Positions 19,132-39,231 of a DNA stretch of 64,000 nt are shown piece after piece. The notes below the pieces were generated by a model that worked only from the letters and a program-made list of their open reading frames with translations, ran no database searches and was not told where the DNA came from. The stretch is from the human T2T-CHM13v2.0 reference genome, Homo sapiens, in the NCBI RefSeq assembly GCF_009914755.1, contig NC_060927.1; one strand, written 5' to 3'. Both the position numbers and the translations under genes were made by a program. The stretch's first letter is position 1; every line of letters starts with the position of its first letter.

Positions 19132-20099
19132 TGTAGGGGTGGGTTGCCCCTACACACCTGTGGGTGTTTCTCGTAAGGTGGGACGAGAGATTTGGAAAAG
19201 AAAAAGACACAGAGACAAAGTATAGAGAAAGAAATAAGGGGAACCGGGGAACCAGCGTTCAGCATATGGAGGATCCCGCCAGCCTCTGAGTTCCCTTAGT
19301 ATTTATTGATCATCCGTGGGTGTTTCTCAAAGAGGGGGATGTGTCAGGGTCACAAGACAATTGTGGGGAGAGGGTCAGCAGACAAACACGTGAACAAAGG
19401 TCTTGGCATCATAGACAATGTAAAGGATTAAGTGCTGTGCTTTTAGATATGCATACACATAAACATCTCAGTGCTTTACAAAGCAGTATTGCTGCCCGCA
19501 GGTCCCACCTCCAGCTCTAAGGCGGTTTTTCCCTATCTCAGTAGATGGAGCATACAATCGGGTTTTATACCGAGACATTCCATTGCCCAGGGACAGGCAG
19601 GAGACAGATGCCTTCCTCTTGTCTCAACTGCAAGAGGCATTCCTTCCTCTTTTACTAATCCTCCTCAGCACAGACCCTTTACGGGTGTCGGGCTGGGGGA
19701 CGGTCAGGTCTTTCCCTTCCCACGAGGCCATATTTCAGACTATCACATGGGGAGAAACCTTGGACAATACCTGGCTTTCCTAGGCAGAGGTCCCTGCGGC
19801 CTTCCGCAGTTTTTGTGTCCCTGGGTACTTGAGATTAGGGAGTGGTGATGACTCTTAAGGAGCATGCTGCCTTCAAGCATCTGTTTAACAAAGCACATCC
19901 TGCACCGCCCTTAATCCATTCAACTCTGAGTTGACACAGCACACGTTTCAGAGAGCACGGGGTTGGGGGTAAGGTTATAGATTAACAGAATCTCAAGGCA
20001 GAAGAATTTTTCTTAGTACATAACAAAATGGAGTCTCCTATGTCTACTTCTTTCTACACAGACACAGTAACAATCTGATCTCTCTTGCTTTTCCCCACA
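19132..20099 (-). mobile_element. HERV-K(HML-2) LTR5_Hs solo LTR, full length (968 bp)
   Basis: Minus strand TGTGGGGAAAAGCAAGAGAGATCAGATTG...GGGGCAACCCACCCCTACA; exact 6-bp TSD AGAAGA (19126-19131, 20100-20105); AATAAA at 19302-19307; no PBS or internal sequence. Confidence 0.97.
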
Positions 20100-20902
20100 A
20101 GAAGACATCGCTCCACTTCTACCATAAGAGATGGTTCTCCCTAGGAGTTCAAGCTTTCATGTCTTCCTGAAGTCAGAAAGGATATTTTCTCAGTCATGGC
20201 GCCCAAGTGTTAAAATTCTACTAGGAAATTTGGTAAGAGCTAGTTGTGGAATATTTCACTTGAGTAATACAGGTATCTACTTTATCTCAAACCTTATACA
20301 TACATGACATTGCATAATTGGTCAAGTCACATATTTTCAGATTTGTCATCTGAAAATCAATAGTTTTCTCACCTACTTTAGGGCGTATAGTTCTTTAGTG
20401 TATGTTACTGAGGAGAGGCTGAACTATTTAGGAGCTATGAACATAGGATAGCATTTATGAAGTCAGAGCCTAGGTGGGTACTTGATCTAAAACACTTGGA
20501 CATTTTCTGTTTTCTAAAATAGAAAATTTATAGTAGGATTTTAAAAAATCTTGTATTAATCAATTAAAGTATTAATTAAAGTATTAAGTAATTAGTAATT
20601 ATTAGTATTAAAGTATTAAGTATTAATCAATTAAAATGACACCACTTTCTTTATTCAAACATTTAGCAAAGTAAGGTTACTCCTGTGATATGCTCAGGAG
20701 AAACAACAAAAAACATTAATTATCCAGCTGTCTCTGAGATTTACGTGTCCCACGCTCTTTAAGCACACAGTGCTTAATGGTCTTCTGTGTCTTTCATGCA
20801 CTTATAACATATATTAAATTGAAAGAAGTCCTATTTTCTACAATTCTATCTCATGTAAGTTACAAAATCTATCCTGAGGATGTTTTAAAAATATAGGATT
20901 GA

Positions 20903-21160
20903 GGCCTGGCACTGTAGCTCACGCCTGTAATCCCAGTACTTCGGGGGGTCAAGGCAGGTGGATCACGAGATCAGGAGATCGAGACCATCCTGGCTAACAC
21001 GGTGAAACCCCGTCTCTACTAAAAATACAAAAAATTAGCCTGGCGTGGTGGCAGGTGCCTGTAGTCCCAGCTACTCGGCAGGCTGAGGCAGGAGAATGGC
21101 GTGAACCTAGGAGGCGGAGCTTGTAGCACACACAGTGAGACTCTGTCTCAAAAAAAAATA
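20903..21160 (+). mobile_element. AluY with an internal deletion in the right arm
   Basis: AluY-type GAGATCGAGACCATCCTGGCTAACACGG and GAATGGCGTGAACC; ~35 nt of the right arm replaced by CACAC. Confidence 0.92.
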
Positions 21161-23500
21161 ACATATATATATATGATTGAAAAGACACATAATAGCATTT
21201 ACAGATAACACTTTAAAATAATGAGATAAGAAAATTAAAAATTCTAAACTTGTCTCTTTTTATTTTGGTGAAATACAAGTTTTTTGCTAATTCTTATTTT
21301 TTTTTTAATTGAGCCTTACAAATAACGTTGTAAACCAATAAGTAGCATGTTTTCATATTTGTAAGTTTTGAGTATAGGACTAATATTTTCAGTATTTCTT
21401 AAGGGACTGCAGTCCTGCCAACATAAATGTTTAAGGAAAGGCAGGAAAATGCAGATGCCATGAATTTTCAATAATATTCAGGAAACCATGTTTTAGGTAG
21501 ATTATTGCTTCAAAAATACTGGAAAGTCTTATTTTTTTTCTGTAGCAGAAATTCCCCAGGTAGAGCTAGAAAACTTGATCTCCCTTTCCCAGAATATCAA
21601 CTAAAGAAAGTGACATAATTTGATGCATTTCCAAGCATTTACTTTTATTTGCTCCCATGGAGTGCCAGGAAAGACAACAGAAAATAAAACTCTAATCACT
21701 CAACTGTCTCCAGCTTGTGAGATCACATGCAACTGTATCAGTGAAACATACACATCGAATATAAAGAGCCTAAATTTATATCAATATTATACAATATGTG
21801 AATAATATAAAGGTATGTAGCTATTTCTGTGCTACTAGATTGTTTTTATGAGAAAGCATTCTGGTGACTATGATGAACCCTTCATTAAACAAGCTGAAAG
21901 AAATCCTCTTAGTGTGTCCTCTCTCAGCTGGGCCTCATGACACTCACACCTGACTCACACCTGACAGCATGGTTTAGGATAACAGGAAACAGAATGAAGC
22001 CCTGTCCATCAGGAAGCTGAGCTAGAAGGCCCACCTCAAATTCAGCCCTTAGGAGTCATAGATGCTGAGACAGCACCTGGCTTGGGTGATGTGCCAAGCA
22101 CAGAAATCACATTTTACACACTGAAGGAAACAAGCCACTCCTGAAGCTCTGGATGTAATGACATAGATCTCAGGAAATATAACATGGAAGAAATTCTGAA
22201 AGAGGTCATATTTGAGAAGGCTTACTAGAAGAAGGAAAAGCTAAGTGGACAGAATAGGAAAAAAAAAACAAACATAAATGGAGTAAGAAGTGTCAGTAGA
22301 AATCTGAGCATTGCTTTGAAAAGTCACCACCAGAATCTCCCAAAGTGGATAGTGAAGTGTGAGGTTCCTTCAGGAGAAAGGTAACACAGGTAGGACCCCC
22401 TTTACTACCCCAATCAAAGAAGCACCACTCTAGACACTGTATCATCCTGTCATTTATTGAACTCATGGGCAGTCCTGTGATACATGATGTCATCAAACAC
22501 GCCACACACTCATGAAGAAGCCTCAGATCACTGCTCTTGAGCCAGTGGTCAGGAGAGCAGCGGAGACAGTAAGGGAAGGAGGAAACCCCCCAGTAGACCT
22601 CAGTCCAAGCTCGGTACTAATGCCCTTGTGGTATACAGGTCACAGGGGAAAGCAAGGAAGGGAGGGCACATCTGTGTTCTCTATCTGCAGCATCAGTGTA
22701 ATCATGCACATCTCTCAGGGTTGAGATGATGTGCAAATACTACGATTCACATCCAGCACTTAGGAAGGTACCTTAGATACATGAAAGAGCATACTTTGGT
22801 TTGTCATTATCATACATGCCAAATTCGCCTTTACTGTCAACACAAAAGGGCTCTGAGAGGTGGTATTTACAATGCACCATGCAAGTACATTTGGAACCAT
22901 GTGTATACAGAGCAAAATGCTCTACCTTGTGGCACAATTTGAGCTGAGAATTATAGAGAACTGTAGAGAAATGGCTGACACAGTCAGGGAAGGCAAAATC
23001 ACCAACTAGATGCCAGTACAGAGATGCTGTGAAAACATGAATTCCAGGATAGAAGAAGAAAAACTTGAAAAATATTTGGTTGTATGAATGGGAGCTGTTT
23101 CCCCGAATAACTGTGGGTGAGAATTACATATTGCTTTTGCAAATTGAAAAGATTGTATACTTCACTTACACTTGGCTATTTGTAGGATCAATATTTTATG
23201 TGTATTTTGAGAAAAAAGAAGGGCAGGGAAATTATTATTCCGAGGTAAGGAAACAGGGAAATGCAGAGGTGCTTCATCACAAATACTGAACCAAAGACAC
23301 AACAAATACTAACCCAAACAGTCCTGTGTGAGAATCAGTTTCCCTGATCAACCCAATTATGAAATAAAAGTGTGATTTTCTTGTTAAACAGCTTCCACTT
23401 CGATTTATCATCACATCACATTCTTTGTATTTTAGTAACAATAAAATGTCCCTGCCTCTTAATTTTACTGGATTCTCTCCAGGTTAATAACAATCTGGGT

Positions 23501-23812
<312 letters not shown>

Positions 23813-25221
23813 TCAAAACGTGCTCTAAGCTCCCTTGTCACATCGCATGGAGGGACTGGAAGTGTTGAAGTCATGTAGACAATACAAATTCTCTAATTTC
23901 AATCCCCAAATCAAATTAGTCCAACGCCACCACGCACTTTGTAATGCCTCTACTCTGGAATGAGAGGTTCCTGCCACCTCCCGCGAGTTCAAAAGGGGCT
24001 CTGCGTGTCCTCTCCCCGAAGTGTGTGAGGCACACTCATCCCTGGGGCTGCTCTCACAGGGAGCACGTGGCTTCCAGGTGGTACTGGTCATGTATCCCAT
24101 GACTTCCATTCTCTCAGTTCAGGTTCCCAGATTTCTCTCAGATTAAATAAAATGTAGAATACCTCTTATGGCCATGGGGGAAGGGAGGAAATCCCTTTGG
24201 AGTCTATTTTTTCCCACTTTCCAGGAATCCCTAAAGTGGCCCTAAAAGTGACATAAATGTGCAGCCCGGCACTGCTTATTGGTGGCCCAGACCCTTCAGG
24301 AGATGGAGAACACACACCGAGGGGTGGGAAGCTTTGCACTGAGAGGTTGAGGTACTGAGAAACCCAATCCCTGCGACTTCCAGGGCAGCAAAGGAGAAGT
24401 ACATTATGACGGACCAGTGTGGTGTGAACAAAAGGTTCTCTGGCAGTAGAGGAACCCCCAGGCTTCCAATGTGATCATTCTGTGGAAGGGAAAATGTTAT
24501 ACAACTTGATCTTGAATAACTCTCAATTTTTAAAAAATTAGTTAGGAAGAAAGCAAGAAAGGGGCCCAAAATTCTCCCCATTCAAGGAGGTTTAAAGAGG
24601 AGAAAGTAAAATGCTGAGGCAAATACTTTAATATGTACCTTGCTAGGCAAAATACAGACCACCGAGGTTATTGGCTTAATAAAAAGTGCCATAAGCCATC
24701 ACTTGTCTGTAAGTAATATGAGCTGACCCAGTCCATGGCATGTGGGGTCTACTGCCCAGGTCAGCCCTTGCTGCCCCTCATCAGAAATCTGGAGCACTTG
24801 ATCTGTGGCTGCCAACCAGACAGCCTGAGCAGCAGGTGGATGGGCATAAAGGGTGGTAACCACACATGCCAAGCAACAAAGTTTGTCTCCTACAGCGGGC
24901 AGCAGAGAGGCCCCATCTAGCAGACACAGCAGCCAGCTAAGTTCAGCTCTTCTTCAAGCAGCAATCTGTAAGCAAGTAAGAAAGTCATCAGAGCTGCTAG
25001 TTACGCCTACGTTCCCAGGTTTGAAAAGAAATTTTCTTTATCACTTTCTACAATTAAGCAACACCATTCTAAAGGTGTGCATTGGACATGAAAAAAAATC
25101 ATTATTGGTTTTTCTTTTTTCTTCTTGCAATGTAGAATTTTTTTTAAACATAGAAAATATACACAATAACTTAGTGAATATGTATTCATTTGCAAGCTTC
25201 AGCAATTATAAACTTTCTGCC

Positions 25222-28570
<3,349 letters not shown>

Positions 28571-29073
28571 TCCCAGAAGAACTGGCACAGATCCTACTGA
28601 AACTATTCCAAAAAATCAAGGAGAAGGGACTCCTTCACTCATTCTACAAAGCCAGCATCATCCTGATATCAAAATCTGGCAGAGACAGAAAGAAAAAAGA
28701 AAACTTCAGGCCAATTTCCCTGATGAACATAGAAGCAGAAATCTTCAAGAAAATATGAGCAAACCACATCTAACAGCACATTAAGAAGTTGATTCGCTAT
28801 GATGAAGTAGGCTTTATTCCTGGGATGCAAGGTTGGTTCAACACATACAAATCAATAAATGTGATTCACCACAGAAATGAAATTAAAACCAAAAACCATA
28901 TGATCATCTCAATAGGCACAGAAAAAGGTTTGGATAAAATCCAACATCCCTTCATAGTAAAAAACCATCCACAAACTAAGCATCAAAGGAACATACCTCA
29001 AAATAAGAGCTGTCTGTGACAAACCCACAGCCAACATGATACCAAATGGCATTCCTCTTAAGACTTGGAACAA

Positions 29074-29498
<425 letters not shown>

Positions 29499-29537
29499 TC
29501 AGTAGCATTTCTATACATTAGTAATATTCAAGCTGTT

Positions 29538-29705
29538 ACAAATATGTAATAAGTCATTCAGTTAATAGGGTTCCTCCTAAAAAAAAAAGAATGTGTTATA
29601 AGCCATGTATAAAGTAACCTTTTAAATGTGTAACTGAGTTTATAAAATAGTATGGGAAATTCTCAGGGGATTAAAATGAAGAAGAATCTGGAACTGGGAA
29701 ACCAG
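29538..29705 (-). repeat. 168-bp inverted copy of 31545-31712
   Basis: Hand alignment of the reverse complement: 5 mismatches in 168 bp, no gaps. Confidence 0.95.
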
Positions 29706-32449
29706 TTGGGTTTCCAAATTGGGAAGGCAATCCCATTTACAGTAGCCACAAAACAAATAAAATACCTAAGAATTCATCTAACCAAGGATGTGAAAGATCT
29801 CTGTAAGGAGAACTACAAAACCCTGCTGAAAGAATTCACAGATGACACAAATTTAAAAACATTCCATGCTCCTGGATTGGAAGAATTAATATCATTTAAA
29901 TTGCCCAAAGCAATCTACAGATTTAACATTATTCCTATGAAACTACTAACTTCATTTTGCACGGAAGTAGAAAAAACTATTCTAAAATTCATATGAAAAC
30001 AAAAAAGAGCCCAAATAGCCAAAGCAATCCTAAGCAAGAAGAACAAAGCCAGAGGCATCCCATTATCCAACTTCAAACCATACTATAAGGCTATAGTAAC
30101 CAAAACAGGATGGTACTGGTGCAAAAACAGACACATAGATCATTGGAACAGAATAGAGAACCCAGAAATAAAGCTGCACACCTACAACCATCTGATCTTT
30201 GACAGAGTCAACAAAAATAAGCAATGGGGAAAGGACATCATATTCAATAAATGGTACTGGGATAACTGGCTAGCCAGATGCAGAAGAATGAAACTGGACC
30301 CCTACCTATCACCATATACAAAAATTAAGATGAATTAAGATTTAAAGGTAAGACCTCTAACTGTAAAATTCCTAGAAGAAAACCTAGGAAATACCATTCT
30401 GGATATCAGCCTTGGCAAATAATTTATGGCTAAGTTCCCAAAAGCAACTACAACAAAAACAAAAATTGACAAGTAGGACCTAATTAAACTAAAGCACTCT
30501 TGCACAGCAAAAGAAACTATCAACAGAGTAAATGGACACCCAGAGAATGGAAGAAAAATTTGCAAACTATGCAATTGACAAAGTCTAATGTCCAGCATCT
30601 CTAAGGAATTTCAACAAATTTATAAGAAAAAAAAGCAACCCCATTAAAAAGTGGGCAAAGGACATAGACAGTTCTCAAAGGATGGCATACAAGTGGCCAA
30701 ATATGAAAAAATGGTCAATATCACTAATCATTAGAGAAATGCAAGTCAGAACCACAATTAGGTATCATCTCCCACCAGTCAGAATGGCTGTTATTAAAAA
30801 GACAAAAAATAACAATGCCAGTGAGGCTGCAGAGAAAATGGAAAACTTATATACTATTGGTGGCAATGTAAATTAGTTCAGCCACTGTGGAAAGCTGTTT
30901 GGAGATTCCTCAGAGAACTAAAAACAAAACTACCATGTGACTCAGCAATCCCATTACTGGGGGTATGCCCAAAGGAAAAGAAATTATTCTACAAAAAGGA
31001 CACAACCACTTCTATGTTCATTGCAGCACTGTTCACAATAGCAAAGACATGGAATCAACCTAGGTGCCCATCAATGGTGGACGGGATAAAGAAAATTTGG
31101 TACGTATAGCCTGTGGAATACTATTCAGTCACAAAAGAGAATGAAATCGTGTCCTTTGCAGCAATATGGTTGCAGCTGGAGGACATTCTCCCAAGTGAAT
31201 TAACACAGGAACAGAAAACCAAATACTGCATGTTCTCATAATAAGTGGAAACTTAAACATTGGGCACTTAGGGACATAAAGATGGGAACAATAGGCACTG
31301 GGGACTACTAGAGGAGGGAGGGAGATGGGGGCAAGGATTTAATGGAAAACCACCTATTGGGTACTATGCTCACTACCTGGGTGACAGGATCGTTCATATC
31401 CCCGAACCTCAGCATCACACAATATACTTATGTAACAAAGACCTGCATATCTATCCCCTGAATCTAAAAGTTAAAATTACTTAAAAAAAAAACAAAACAA
31501 AAACAAAAGAAAAAAAAAAAAAAAAAAAAAAACCTAAGGGGAACCTGGTTTCCCAGTTCCAGATTCTTCTTCATTTTAATCCCCTGAGAATTTCCCATAG
31601 TATTTTATAAAGTCAGTTACACATTTAAAAAGTTACTTTATACATGGCTTATAACATATTCTTTTTTTTTTAGGAGCAACCCTATTAACTGAATGACTTA
31701 TTACATATTTGTTATAGAAGGTCCTTCTGTGTCTCTAGTCTGTTATGTCAGCAGAAAAACCACTACTGTACATTTAAGAGAAGAGTGTCTAAGACGTTTA
31801 TGTTAGGCCACAGAGTCTCATGAGAAATACTGATTTTGTGATGTCCAATGCTCCTTCTGTTATTATAATAAGCATTTTATGCTTTTTTTAATGTTTCTTA
31901 TGTTTTATGCTGTGTTTCTAATTCAAAAATTGAATACTTTACTTTCTGTGCTTCATAATATTAGGACTTGCTGTCCCCATTTTAACAAAAAAGATATTTG
32001 TATAAATTGAATTATTTATATCCAGGGTGTATAAAGCTAGTAGTTCCTACAGTTCAGGAACTGAACTCAAGATATGTATCCTTAATACTTCCTTCACAGA
32101 AAATTTGTTCCTGTCCCAAACTTCAGTTTTGATATCTTTCACAGTCCCAGAGTCGTTTAGGTTGGAGTTTAACATGCTCAAAGTAGATAGGCAATTTTTA
32201 TCAACTATCCTTTTGTTGTTAATACCTTATATTTTATATCTTATATTATAATTTGCTTAATTATAATGAGGATAGAGATCATGGCCTATTATATATCGAT
32301 TTGACATAATTTACTAATTGGTTAGTCTAATTTATGGTCATTATTGAAATATTCTTTGGGTGCCAGAAAAAATGTGCAATCTCTTTTTATGAGATACAGT
32401 GTTATATATGTTCATTCGTTCAAACTTTTAAATTATATAATTCATTTCT

Positions 32450-34200
<1,751 letters not shown>

Positions 34201-35579
34201 TATTCCAAGGGATCTCTGAAGTTATATTTCTCCTTATTATCTTTTGAGAAATTGATGTTAAAGAATAATAATTATTATATTAAAAAGAATTAACCTTACG
34301 AAAGCCACCACTTAGCTTATACAAAATGGGAGTTTATTGATGTATTTGAAGCCACTATGTATCTTTTTCTGAATGCATGGAACCAAAAAATCTCCTAAAT
34401 AAATCACGTGTTGTTATTTATCTTTTCATTTTAAAGTTTTTGCTATATATTATACAAATATATCTTAAGATTTTTGTTAATTTCACAGCTTATATATATA
34501 TATGGAATCATTCTGGATTCATTCCTGGAAAGTTGTTTTCTATACTAAGCCTTCTGTTTTGAGAATAATCCTTGTTGACATGTGAAGCTGTAGTTCATCA
34601 GCACTTCTTATAGAATGACATTGCATGAATCAAACAAAATATCTTTACCCAATCTTTTAGGAACATGTAAACAAGGCTCCTTTGAATATTGTTTTAGATG
34701 TTTCTTGGTCATCAATAGATGCCAAAGAGCTTATGGTCACACTAAAGGTGGGGTCACTTAGTCTGTGGAGCTGCAGGGTTCTTTTTGGGAGGTGGGAGGA
34801 AGGGAGATGAGTTTTGTTATTTTGGGGTTTTCAAGTATTGAAACCAAAGGCCAAATAATAAACAGCCTTTACATTTTAAAGTAAAATTCATTTTATTTGC
34901 AGCATACACTTGTATGGTAGACTGTGAACGACAATTTTATGACATTTATACACAGTATAATGGCTACATCTGCTATTTGTCTTTAAAATAAAAAAAGAAA
35001 GAAAAGCCCAACTTTGAATACATGGCCAAGATAAAGACCATGAATTGGTCATTCCTAAAAATGCAACAGATAGGCTGCTAGATTACGTTGTTTGCACTTT
35101 TTTTATGGGCATTTTAAAATCAGTATTTAAACTGAAGACGTTGTCATGTTTTATCAATTTAATGAATTTGAAAGTGACTGCTCTGTACATCATGACCTTA
35201 ACAATGTTGATGCTATAAGTGAAAGTTCACTGTCGTCTATATACTAAATTTATGGGTGCTTCTAACTTAAAATTATGACTGCAGATTATCCCCCACAGCC
35301 TTAGTCCAGGGATGTGGCTCTATGCAGGTGCAGTACGCAGTTATGTGGAACCTTGCTTTCTAGTGCTGGGGAAAAAAAGATGTCTCTAATTACTGGTTTC
35401 AATAAACACGAATCCAGACTGCTTACAATTTTTGGTGGCTTTCTTTATGGTAAATCATCTGACTGGAGATAGATTAAATTGTCTGCGAATCGTATGGGGT
35501 ATCTGATCATATAACTAAAAATGTTTACCTCTCTCACTTGAAATTATCAGAAATTCTGGAAAGAATAACATTGTAAAGC

Positions 35580-37620
35580 CATATTTATTTTTTATTTTAC
35601 TTTTTGGAGACAGGAGTTGCCGAGGCTGGTCTTAAACTCCTGGCCTCAAATAGTTCTCCCGCCTTGGCCTCCCGAAGTGCTGGACTTATAGGTGTGAGGA
35701 CCACACACAGCCTGGCTTTTTGTTTTTTTGAGTTTCTTCACATTACAGCTGTCATCGTGAGTGTGAAGGTGGTAGGTATCCCAGTGACTAATGATGTTAA
35801 GGAGCATCTTATGATGTGCTTACTGGCCATTTATGTATCTTTGGAGAAATGTCTATTCAAATTCTGTGCTCATTTTTAAATTAGGTTATTTGCCTTTTGT
35901 GTTTTTTGTGTTTGTTTTTGAAACAGGGTCTCACTTTGTTGTCCAGGCTGGAGTGCAGTGGCATGGTCATGGCTTATTGCAGCCCCGGCCTCTCAGGCTC
36001 CCAAGTGTCTTCCTGCCTCAGCCTCCCAAAGTGTTGGGATTACAGATGTGAGCCACCACGCCCAGCCTATTTGACTTTTTATAATTGGGTTGTAAGAGTT
36101 CTTTATGTATTCTGGGTAATATACTATTAACAGTTATAGCTGTGTCCTTCTTACATGCCCCCATTCATCTTTGAGCATTTTCTTACTTTCTGGCACAAAA
36201 AGATGTTCCAGGCTCATCTTGCATTTCCCCTGCCTTTGACCTGGAATCAGCCATTTTTCCAAGGAGCCCTTTTAATGAGAGATTGGTTTTTGGAAACCAA
36301 GATCTGGACTATAGGCATACTTAATTTTACTGAGTGCTGTAACTTGTAGGCCTGTTGAGTGGACATACCATATCTACTTTTTCACTTAACATTGCCTGCA
36401 AGTTGGTTTATATTAGTTCATGGAGATGTTTATTCTTGTTTATGGCTACATAGTACTCAATTGTGTAATGTACCGTGGTTATTCAACCAGTCTCCTGTAG
36501 ATAGGCATTTAGGATGTTTGCAGTCTTGTATTATTACATCTAATGCTGCAATGAATAACCTTGTGCATATCTTGTTTTTTATTTGTGGAGATGTGGATTC
36601 AGGGTAAATTCCGAGCAGTGGGCTTACCTACTCAAAAGGTAAATGCGCATCTGTAGTTGTTGTTAGATAGTCTCAAAATCCCTTCCATAGAGGTCACACC
36701 AGTCTGCATGCCTGTCAGCACTTGCACAGATTATTAATTCATTGTTACATTTTGCTTAAAATTGAGTTAGGAAGTTTGGTGAATAAATGTTTTGGGGACT
36801 TTTTTTTTTAAAAAAAAGATATTTCCTGGTCATATGTGCCATATTTTCTCTATGGTCCCTACCACAGAATTTGCTTGTTTCTAAATTATGCCTGTGTTTA
36901 TTTACATTCATTTATGCTAAATTGTTTTCCAAATAGTTTTATAAATTTACCTCCCATACCAGCAATGTGTAAGAGTTTTCCTCTTAGCCAACACTGTGAT
37001 CAACGTTTTTCATTTTCCTCAATTTGGTAAGTTTGAAATTGTAACTTGTTTTATTTTCTATTTTGTATTTCCTTGATGAATAATGAGGATAAATATATTT
37101 CCAAATGAACGTTAGACATTCTTGTTTCATTTTCTGTGAATAGTCTGTTCATGTCTTTTGCCCATTTTCCTATTGGCTTATCTGTAGTTTTATTATTAGG
37201 AGTCCATTAGATATTCTATATATTAATCTTTTGCCAATCATATGTGCTACAAATACCTTCTCTGGGTTTGCAACTGTTTTTTACCCTGTTTATGGTATCT
37301 TTTTCCAAGGTTTAAACTTTTTATTATAGAAAAACTTGAAATACACACAAAAACAGAAAGGATAGTATAATATTAGCTTTGCATTCATTACCCTGCTTCA
37401 AAAGTCATGAACTTATGGCCAATCTTCTTTTTTCTACACCTACGACTTCTCCATCTTATGTTGAAACAAATCCCATTAGTAATATAACTTCATCAACAAA
37501 AGTCAATATATTTCTATCAAATGTAGGGATTTTCCTTTTTAAACATAATCACAGTGGCATTACCATAACTGAAAATTTAATAGTATTCGATATATTAAGT
37601 GTTCAATGCTCGCATTTTCC
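35580..37620 (-). mobile_element. Mosaic of antisense L1M fragments with two partial Alus (~35585-35717, ~35895-36067)
   Basis: Alu arm sequences and degenerate L1 3' sequence. Confidence 0.65.
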
Positions 37621-37866
37621 TGAGATATATCCATTAACAATATAACCTTGGGCTAGTTATTTCATGAAAAAGGCAAGGAATGAAATTTCTGCTTTTCTGG
37701 CTCCACTATGAAAATCTAAGAGCTGCTTTTAGCTGTAGCCAGCCTGTTCATGTGCAATTACTATGCCATTTTATATCAGACTTCAGATTTTAACTTCATA
37801 ATATTTTAGTAACCCATAATGTCTCAAAACTACAAGAAAGCAGCCGTTATGTGAAAATGAGTCTCT

Positions 37867-38154
37867 GCTGGGCATGATGGCTTACACCTGTAATCCCAGT
37901 GTTTTGGGAGGCTGAGGCAGGAGAATTGCTTGAGGCCGGAAGTTTGAGACTAGCCTGGGCAACATAGTGAGACCCCATCTCTACAAAAATAAAAACTTAG
38001 CCAGTCATGGTGGAGCACGCCTATAGTCTCAGCTACTTGGGAGGCTGAGGTGGGAGAATCGTTTGAGCCCAGGAGTCCAGGGCTGCAGTGAGCTATGATT
38101 GTGCCACTGCACTCCAGCCTAGGCAACAGAGCGAGACCCTGTTTCTAAAATAAA
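37867..38154 (+). mobile_element. AluJ
   Basis: Diverged full Alu dimer. Confidence 0.93.
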
Positions 38155-38186
38155 TACATGTTAAAATCTGTACAGTCCTAGAACTA

Positions 38187-38450
<264 letters not shown>

Positions 38451-39231
38451 TCAGTGTTATTTTGAGCAGCCCTTTGTTTCAATTATTGCTGTTCTTTAAA
38501 AATCATCAACTTGCATTTATCTGAATCATTAACTCTTTGATCTATTGGTGTTCTTACATTTAAAGATACACAGCAACTTAAATATGAATTATCCAAACCC
38601 CTTGTAGTAAAGCATAATCTCCACCCACTTCCAATTGCTTATACGGTGCCAATTCCTTATCACCAATTTGTTTTTCCAGTGATAAGTGGAAAAGGATGGA
38701 ACCTTTTGCCTAACCCAAGTCGAGTTGGGCAGACAGTTCGAGAATCTCTGCTGTAAGTTACCATGGCTGGAAGAACCCAGCCCTGAAAATCCAGCACCAT
38801 TATGTAACACTCATCCATTCCTTTCTGCTTTCTAGTAAATGTTGACTTCCTGGCTAGATTGTAGCTTCATGGGCAGTACCATGAATGAATCACTCTATGT
38901 CCCTAGGGCTTGGAACTGTAGATTCCATGAATGCATCAAATAAATGGGGTACATGACATGGTCACAAAACAGTAACACCTTGATTGTGACCAAAATTTTA
39001 ACAAAAGAAATATCGTTTTTAAATGTGCAAAACTCTGTTAAAAGAAGTCGTTAGGGTCTGTCACGCCTTCCATGCTTGGCCAGCTCCAGGTTCTTAGCTC
39101 CTAATCAAGCAAGGTTTAAAAAAGCTCTGGATATAGAAAGCAGTTCTCTACCTCCATACACCTCCCAACCACAAATCCTTGCATTTTAACCATGCCTTCA
39201 AGCTTTAACATGGTGGCGCCTCATTCTCCAG

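Noticed and set aside
19320-19848. ORFs inside the LTR5_Hs
   Set aside because: Antisense to an LTR, which is non-coding; no recognisable protein.
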